Shown: piece after piece, positions 26,269-32,000 of the stretch
How positions within the stretch are numbered: position 1 is the first letter of the stretch
Layout: each line of letters begins with the position of its first letter
Origin: Candidatus Methylomirabilis oxygeniifera
Lineage (GTDB): Bacteria; Methylomirabilota; Methylomirabilia; Methylomirabilales; Methylomirabilaceae
Assembly: GCA_000091165.1 (NCBI GenBank)
Contig: FP565575.1
Span: forward strand, 1,740,001 to 1,772,000
Direction: 5' to 3'
Length of the DNA stretch: 32,000 bases
Notes under the pieces: model-generated
What the model saw: the letters and a program-made list of their open reading frames with translations, nothing else
What the model was told of the DNA's origin: nothing
Databases searched by the model: none
Position numbers and translations under genes: made by a program

Positions 26269-29091
26269 TCATACCCTAAACACCTTCATCACTTCGTCGC
26301 CGAGGTGGTTGATGACCTTCACGGCAATACGGCCGGATTTCGGTTTAGGGAAGGATCGCGAGGTGTCGCTATTGAGCGTGGCCCAGGCTTCCTCATTGAT
26401 CTCGGCTTTGAGCGTGGTCTTCAGCGCGCTGTAGGGGTCGTTCGCACCGAGGAAATAGGCGTGGCGAACGAAGAAGCTCTCTTCGTTGTAGTCGGTATCG
26501 ATGAACCAGCAGGCGATGCCATCGGCGCTGTCGCTGCGGACTTCGCCGGTTTGGGGATGGAAGACGTCCACGCCATTGACCTTTACCCGTATCTGGCCGT
26601 CTTCGGCCGGCAGGATGTCTATGTCAGGCTCGCCGAAGATCACGAAGAGGTTGCCTTTGCCGGTGTTCTTGAGATCGTCGGCCATGTGCAGGTCGGCATT
26701 CATCCGCGCCTTGAGCACGGGAATGCGGCCGAGTTTGGTGAACTCTGTGGCGTGAGCCTCGTAATTGAAGGCGCAGGCGATCAACACGTCGAAATCGGCA
26801 TCGCCAGCCTCGCGGGCGGCAGCTACCAGATCGGGTCGGGTGACGGTGCCGAATTCCGGACCGATGAAGATGGCGGCGCGCTTTTCGGTACCCGATTCCG
26901 GATTGCCTTCGAAGTAGCGGCCTTCGGCGCACACGAAGTAGCCCGGCCATGGCGTGAGCGCGGTAAAGGTGATGCGATCTTCCTTATGCGCTTGCTGGAC
27001 TCCGGCGGTCTTGAGGTTCTCCAGAATCATCTGGGGAAAGGTCTGCTTCTCTCCGTAGCCGGTGCCGATATCCGACACGCGGTCGATCAATTCATCGTTT
27101 TCATCCACCCCGAGTACACGATGCGGCGAGAGGCTTTCGACGGTGAAGGGACCGGCCACGCGGACCTTCTTCCTGTCCTCGTAGGGCTTGTCGTAGAGGT
27201 ATTCACACTCAGCCTTAGCGGCGATGGAGGCATCGATCTCCTTCTGTCGGGCGATGCGGGCCTCCCACCAGTCGGCGTGCAGCTTTTTGGCGGGCGCGGG
27301 CCACGCGGTCTCCGCTTCGCGTGGTATCTCCCATTCCTGCCAGGTCTTCTTGAGTGCGGAGTTCAATGCCTCGCGCAACGGCTCCAGCTTCGCCTGCCAC
27401 TTCTCCCAGATGACGTCGATCTCCGCGTTGTTGGCGATGGACTTGAGGGTGATGTGCGGCACACGCTCATAGACGAAGCCGTGGCGGATGTTCCCCTGCA
27501 CCGGCTGAGAACTCGCCAGAGTGCGGGTGACTTCGGCTTCCTTAAGCTGGCCTTCGCGAGAATCGGCCAGCAGGTAAAACGGATACCGCGCGCCCATGAT
27601 GCGGGCACGGGCCAGCGCCAGCGCTACGCGCGAGGTATCGATGGTGATCCAACGCCGCCCCCATTGTTCGGCGACATAGGCTGTGGTGCCAGAACCGCAG
27701 GTCGGGTCGAGCACGAGGTCGCCGGGATCAGTGGTCATCAAGATGCAGCGCTTGATAACTTCTGCGGCTGTTTGAACAACGTAAATTCTCTCCGTTCCGA
27801 TTTGAGTTGATTCCCACCGATCCGTAATTGGCAACATCGGAACATCGCCCACAAACCTTTTGTAGCGTATTGTGTTTGCTGTCCGCTCGATGCGCGACGA
27901 CTGCGCGATGCGCCGCAGGCCGATCTGTGTAGTTTTCCAATGGGTACCCTTGCGGATGGAGAAGGATTCTCCAAACCAGTTGAACGTCCGTGAACCGCCC
28001 TCAGATTCACCCTCCGAATAGAGCGGAAATAGTTGGAACCTCTTTAACTCGTCGATGCCAGAACCAGGAAGTTTCTCGTCCCTTGTCAAAGGGCGACTCG
28101 TGAACTCGTCGTCCTGATATTGGTCGTACCGATCAAGTGAGGTGTGTCCTGCTCTTCGATCAGTCAGCAAGCCTCGGTATTTTGCTGAGTTTCGCTCCTT
28201 CAAGTACCACAAGACGTAATCGACGGTGTTTGACAGAAATTCGCTCTCGAAGCCGCCTGTTTTCTGGAACGAGATAAGGACAACGAAGTTCTTTTCCCCA
28301 AACACCTCATCCATCACCGCCCGAACGCGATGCACGTTTTCATCACCGATCTGCACGAAGATGGAGCCGGAGTCGGTGAGGAGGTCGCGGGCGACGGCGA
28401 GGCGGTCGCGGAGATAGGTGAGATAGCTGTGGATGCCGTCGCGCCAGGTGTCGCGGAAGGCCTTGACCTGCTCCGGCTCGCGGGTGATGTGGTCGGCCTT
28501 GCCGTCCTTCACATCGCGGCTGGTGGTGCTCCACTGGAAATTGCTGTTGAATTTGATGCCGTAGGGCGGGTCGAAGAAGATGCACTGCACCTTCCCGCGC
28601 AGGCCCTCGCGCTCGGCCAGGCTGGCCATGACCTGGAGGGAGTCGCCGAGGATCATGCGGTTCGACCAGTTCTGGTCGTGCCGGTAGAATTCGGTCTTGT
28701 CCACGCCCTCGGGGACGCCGTTGAAGTCGGCGAACAGATCGAATTGCGGGGCCGCAGCCTTTGCGTCGAGCTTGGTCTGACGTATGAGGTCATCGATCAG
28801 CGCCTTGGGGTGGACTTTTTCCTGGATGTAGAGCGGCGGGGCGTGAACGACGAGGTCGCTCCAGTCCTGCTCATCCTTGCCGCGCCAGACGAGCTGTGGA
28901 TCGAGATCGCGGTTTCGACCTGCCTTTTCTTCTTTCAGCCCGGCTACGCCGCGCTGCAGGGCCACGCGCACCGGGTCCTGCTCCGCCTTTTGCAGGACCG
29001 ATTGGTACTCGGCGGTGGGGATGTTCTTCCTCGTGGCCTCGTCGTGCTTGAGCGCTTCAACGGATTTGCTGGTGGTTGGTTTCTTGGCCAT
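26269..29091 (-). CDS. Type III-like restriction-modification DNA methyltransferase (Mod), beta-class N6-adenine/N4-cytosine
   Basis: KVQCIFFDPPYGIKFNSNFQW upstream of LILDPTCGSGTT-like motif (DLVLDPTCGSGTTAYVAEQWGRRWITIDTSRVALALARARIMGARYPFY); start chosen at MAKKPTTSK. Confidence 0.9.
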   Translation of the reverse strand: MAKKPTTSKSVEALKHDEATRKNIPTAEYQSVLQKAEQDPVRVALQRGVAGLKEEKAGRNRDLDPQLVWRGKDEQDWSDLVVHAPPLYIQEKVHPKALIDDLIRQTKLDAKAAAPQFDLFADFNGVPEGVDKTEFYRHDQNWSNRMILGDSLQVMASLAEREGLRGKVQCIFFDPPYGIKFNSNFQWSTTSRDVKDGKADHITREPEQVKAFRDTWRDGIHSYLTYLRDRLAVARDLLTDSGSIFVQIGDENVHRVRAVMDEVFGEKNFVVLISFQKTGGFESEFLSNTVDYVLWYLKERNSAKYRGLLTDRRAGHTSLDRYDQYQDDEFTSRPLTRDEKLPGSGIDELKRFQLFPLYSEGESEGGSRTFNWFGESFSIRKGTHWKTTQIGLRRIAQSSRIERTANTIRYKRFVGDVPMLPITDRWESTQIGTERIYVVQTAAEVIKRCILMTTDPGDLVLDPTCGSGTTAYVAEQWGRRWITIDTSRVALALARARIMGARYPFYLLADSREGQLKEAEVTRTLASSQPVQGNIRHGFVYERVPHITLKSIANNAEIDVIWEKWQAKLEPLREALNSALKKTWQEWEIPREAETAWPAPAKKLHADWWEARIARQKEIDASIAAKAECEYLYDKPYEDRKKVRVAGPFTVESLSPHRVLGVDENDELIDRVSDIGTGYGEKQTFPQMILENLKTAGVQQAHKEDRITFTALTPWPGYFVCAEGRYFEGNPESGTEKRAAIFIGPEFGTVTRPDLVAAAREAGDADFDVLIACAFNYEAHATEFTKLGRIPVLKARMNADLHMADDLKNTGKGNLFVIFGEPDIDILPAEDGQIRVKVNGVDVFHPQTGEVRSDSADGIACWFIDTDYNEESFFVRHAYFLGANDPYSALKTTLKAEINEEAWATLNSDTSRSFPKPKSGRIAVKVINHLGDEVMKVFRV

Positions 29092-29182
29092 AGTTTTTAT
29101 CCTTGCTGTCCCATATTTCTTATATCTACAGTGCTGTCCTGCCCCTTTGTTGCCCCTTCGCAAAAGGTCTGCCATGTTTTCC

Positions 29183-29274
29183 CATGAGGCGTTTGTCCTC
29201 ATGAGGCATATGAGGCATTCTTGAGGCATTTGGAATGTCTATGCCATGAGGCATATGAGTCATAATTGAGGTAT
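29183..29274. repeat. Cluster of degenerate CATGAGGCATATG direct repeats upstream of the Mod gene
   Basis: CATGAGGCGTTTG (29183), CATGAGGCATATG (29200), ATGAGGCATTC (29210), TTGAGGCATTTGG (29221), CATGAGGCATATG (29245), ATTGAGGTAT (29265). Confidence 0.6.
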
Positions 29275-29673
29275 CACCTTTGCCTTGACATAAAAAGCTC
29301 CTCGGCGTTCACCTCGCTGTTCAAGGATTCCTTTCTTCACCATATCGTCCAAGTCGCGTGTTGCTGTCTGACGACTTATCCTCGTCTCTTCCTGATACCT
29401 TCCGCTTGTGAGTCGTCCTTCTGACCCCAGAAGGGCCAGCCCGGCTAACTGCCTCTCATTCAGATGAAAACTGGCCAGCACCTCCGCCGTCAGCCAATCT
29501 CGCCAGAGGGTGATGACGAACGAGCCCGCGCGTTGTTCGAATTGCGGCTCGGGCAGTCCGGCCTCGCGGTGCAGGAAGGCATCGCCGAGAAGAAAGGCCT
29601 TCAAATCCAGGCGAATTTGTTTGAATTCCTTCTGAATGCTGCTGATGAATATTTTCAGACGTACCGGCTTCAC
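29260..29673 (-). CDS. Short protein: N-terminal DUF4062 fragment fused to the C-terminal winged-helix region of an AlbA_2/RecG-like ATP-binding protein (internally deleted family member)
   Basis: LKIFISSIQKEFKQIRLDLKAFLLGDAF (DUF4062 start) runs directly into REAGLPEPQFEQRAGSFVITLWRDWLTAEVL...RISRQTATRDLDDMVKKGILEQRGERRGAFYVK. Confidence 0.7.
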   Translation of the reverse strand: MKPVRLKIFISSIQKEFKQIRLDLKAFLLGDAFLHREAGLPEPQFEQRAGSFVITLWRDWLTAEVLASFHLNERQLAGLALLGSEGRLTSGRYQEETRISRQTATRDLDDMVKKGILEQRGERRGAFYVKAKVIPQL

Positions 29674-32000
29674 GCTGCGCCCTTCACGATGCCTTCGATC
29701 ATTTTACTGAACTCGCTTTCGACCTTTGCTTTGAAGTCGGCCTCGATCTGATAGACCTCGGTGAACTCGGCAAAGGCCCATCGGCCATATTGCGCGGCGT
29801 GATTGACGCCGGGGACCCAGTAGGTGTCCATGGTGGATTTCTTCTCTTTCGCGTCCTCGCGCCGATAGCCTTTGATTTCGACGATCAGGTGCAGCAGGTC
29901 ATCGTCACCGTGACCGTCATCCACCAGCACGATGAAATCGGGCAGATACTTGCGCATCTCCGAGCCGTACCGGTAGGGTACCTCAAGACCGAGGTTATGA
30001 TTTTTGACATAGGCCCTGACGCGCGGGTGAGCTTCGACGATGCGGCAGAATTCGCCTTCCCAGTCGCTGTCGAGGATCACCCAGTTGAGGTGACATCGAC
30101 GAGCATCTGTCTCCCATCGGTCGGTTTTCGAGGTATTGAAATTGACGTGGATGGTGGAGCCGGTGGGATTATAGGGGTCGAGCACGGCCATGATGGGTCG
30201 CTGTCCGACGAACGCGCGCGTAATCCCGGCAGTGATGCGTTCGCAAGCCATGTCGGCCAACGTCTTGTATTTCAATTGCGCCGGATAGGTGCCGCCCTTG
30301 CAGATGAGGTACCCGTCGATCCATTGGCGGGCGATGCGCTTGAGTTGACCAAAGAGATGGAGCTTGGGGTCTTCGCCCGGGTCGCGCCACTTGGTGAGAA
30401 CGAGGTGAGACACCAGCTCATATAGAACCTGCGAGGGTCGAACGTCGCCGGTGTGAACCAGATTGAGATCCACCCTTTCGCCAATGATCCCCGAGTTTTG
30501 GGTCTCCGTTGCGCCGACCAGGTCCGGGGTCAACTCCAGCACGGAGTCCTCGTTGAACTCGGCGGTCAGCCGTTCCTCGGGCAATTCGATGCGGTAGCCC
30601 ACGACACGGGGGAAGCGGATTTCGAGCGGATCGCGTTCGGGCCGCACGGCCCTGACGTGGATAGTCTCCCGCGGCGGCTGCGGGGGCGCGACCACCGGCT
30701 TGGCGGTAAAGTCGAAAGGAATGCCCAAGACGTCGGCGTATTCCACATTGAACAGCTCCTCTTCATTCAAATCGTAGGACTGGCGACGGAGCGCCCGGCC
30801 GATGACCTGCTCGCAAAGGAGTTGGGTGCCGAAGGCCCGGACGCCCAGCACATGCGTGACCGTTCTTGCGTCCCAGCCCTCGGTGAGCATGGAGACGGAG
30901 ACGACGCAGCGGATCGATCCGCCCAACTGGCCATACTTGCCCACCGTATTCATGACCTCGCGGAGAAGAGTCACGTCATCGAGTTCTTTGCCCATTTGAA
31001 GTTGATCGGCGAGTTTCCCGCCGCGTTCGATGATCTCGCGGCGGAAGCGTTCGATTTCGTCGGCGGCCATGCCACGGAAGTTGTCGTCGAGCGGTTCGCC
31101 GGATTCGAGTTGCTCGCTGTCGATGAGCAACGTGTTTGGCCTGGCGAACGGGTTGCCATGCTCATCAAAGTTGCGAAACAGCGCAAGGCGGCCGGCTATC
31201 GGTGTCTTTGAGCCATCATCGTTCTCGCGGAGAAAGCCGGAGATGAAGTCATACACCAGTTTGGAGATGGCGGTGTTTTGGCAGACGACGATAAAACAGG
31301 GCGGCACGCGGATGCCGGCTTTGTCCCACAGATCGAAGGTCTTCTCGTAGTGACCGTAGAGGGCTTCAAGGGCGGTCTGCAGTTGCGGCGGCAGACTGAG
31401 TGGATCGAGTCTGGCCGACTTGCCCCGCCCTTTCTTGGGCATGTGCGACCGGATGTGTTCCCACAGATTGCGGAACATGGGCATCTCTTCGCCGGGGATG
31501 TTGTCGGCCACGGGGACGCGCGGCAGTTTGACGATGCCGCACTCGATGGCGTCCATGAGCGAGAAGTCGCTCACCGTCCACGGAAAGAGGGTGCCCTCTG
31601 CGTACCCTGAGCCGCTCAGGAAAAAAGGTGTCGCAGACAGGTCGATGACGCACGCGACGCCGAGTGTGCGGTGTACCGCTTCAAGGCCGGAAATCCAAAG
31701 GCGGGCGGCCTCCTTGTTTTTCTCGGCCTCTTTCTTTTCCTCCCCCTTCAAATCCTCCTCGTCGTCTTCTGCTCCGGATTTCTCGCGGTAGCAATGATGC
31801 GCCTCATCATTGAACACGACGATGTTCTTCATGCCCATCAGGTCGGGCATCACCCGCTGAAGCATCTGTCCCTCAGTTTCGAGGGTGTTCAACTCTTCGC
31901 CCCGACCTTGCAGGAGAGAACGCCCGCCCTTCGAGAGATCAATCCGTTCGCGGAGCTTGAAAGCGTGGTAGTTGGTGATGACGATTTTGGCCCGATTCAC
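29670..32000 (-). CDS. Type III-like restriction enzyme Res subunit (SF2 helicase plus C-terminal nuclease), 5' end beyond window
   Basis: VVFNDEAHHCYREK (motif II), CVIDLSATPFFLSG, VVSVSMLTEGWDARTVTHVLGVRAFGTQLLCEQVIGRALRR, C-terminal LPDFIVLVDDGHGDDDLLHLIVEIKGYR (PD-ExK-like). Confidence 0.92.
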   Translation of the reverse strand: MNRAKIVITNYHAFKLRERIDLSKGGRSLLQGRGEELNTLETEGQMLQRVMPDLMGMKNIVVFNDEAHHCYREKSGAEDDEEDLKGEEKKEAEKNKEAARLWISGLEAVHRTLGVACVIDLSATPFFLSGSGYAEGTLFPWTVSDFSLMDAIECGIVKLPRVPVADNIPGEEMPMFRNLWEHIRSHMPKKGRGKSARLDPLSLPPQLQTALEALYGHYEKTFDLWDKAGIRVPPCFIVVCQNTAISKLVYDFISGFLRENDDGSKTPIAGRLALFRNFDEHGNPFARPNTLLIDSEQLESGEPLDDNFRGMAADEIERFRREIIERGGKLADQLQMGKELDDVTLLREVMNTVGKYGQLGGSIRCVVSVSMLTEGWDARTVTHVLGVRAFGTQLLCEQVIGRALRRQSYDLNEEELFNVEYADVLGIPFDFTAKPVVAPPQPPRETIHVRAVRPERDPLEIRFPRVVGYRIELPEERLTAEFNEDSVLELTPDLVGATETQNSGIIGERVDLNLVHTGDVRPSQVLYELVSHLVLTKWRDPGEDPKLHLFGQLKRIARQWIDGYLICKGGTYPAQLKYKTLADMACERITAGITRAFVGQRPIMAVLDPYNPTGSTIHVNFNTSKTDRWETDARRCHLNWVILDSDWEGEFCRIVEAHPRVRAYVKNHNLGLEVPYRYGSEMRKYLPDFIVLVDDGHGDDDLLHLIVEIKGYRREDAKEKKSTMDTYWVPGVNHAAQYGRWAFAEFTEVYQIEADFKAKVESEFSKMIEGIVKGAA

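Noticed and set aside
26305-27810. Long plus-strand ORF (501 aa) antisense to the Mod gene
   Set aside because: It lies entirely opposite a confidently identified methyltransferase and has low-complexity repetitive composition typical of high-GC shadow ORFs.
28330-29187. Plus-strand 285-aa ORF opposite the Mod N-terminus
   Set aside because: Shadow ORF; no recognised domain and the opposite strand encodes conserved methyltransferase sequence.
29790-30425. Plus-strand 211-aa ORF (and 30453-31211) opposite Res
   Set aside because: Antisense to the well-supported Res helicase/nuclease; shadow ORFs.
1-32000. CRISPR array or tRNA/rRNA genes
   Set aside because: No regularly spaced repeats with unique spacers and no recognisable tRNA or rRNA sequences were noticed; a proper scan with dedicated tools was not possible.

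Overview
The window falls into three zones. (A) 1-6.2 kb is a mobile-element and toxin-antitoxin scrap zone. It contains an IS407-group IS3 element inserted in a DUF433-type antitoxin gene, a ParD/ParE-like TA pair, an IS1634-like element whose transposase carries a 2-nt frameshift, and a HigA-like antitoxin with a 5'-truncated HigB-like toxin. (B) 6.4-16.4 kb is a long same-strand (minus) gene cluster. It encodes a NitT/TauT-type ABC importer (binding lipoprotein, ATPase, permease), a hotdog thioesterase, an alpha/beta hydrolase, a HemW-like radical SAM protein, an aryl/acyl-CoA ligase, and three apparently related proteins of unknown function (two membrane-anchored, one soluble). A short chimeric ORF looks like the scar of a tandem duplication. 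I cannot match this combination to a pathway I know. (C) 17-32 kb is a minus-strand defence-like island. It holds a Type III-like Res subunit (continues past the window end), a small DUF4062/winged-helix gene that looks internally deleted, a Type III-like Mod methyltransferase, a TrlF-like PHP+ATPase protein, a UvrD-like helicase with an N-terminal RelE/ParE-like domain, and a 1269-aa uncharacterised protein. Candidates for a new system are the zone B cluster and the TrlF/RelE-UvrD/1269-aa module in zone C. All family assignments come from motif recognition by eye; no searches were run.
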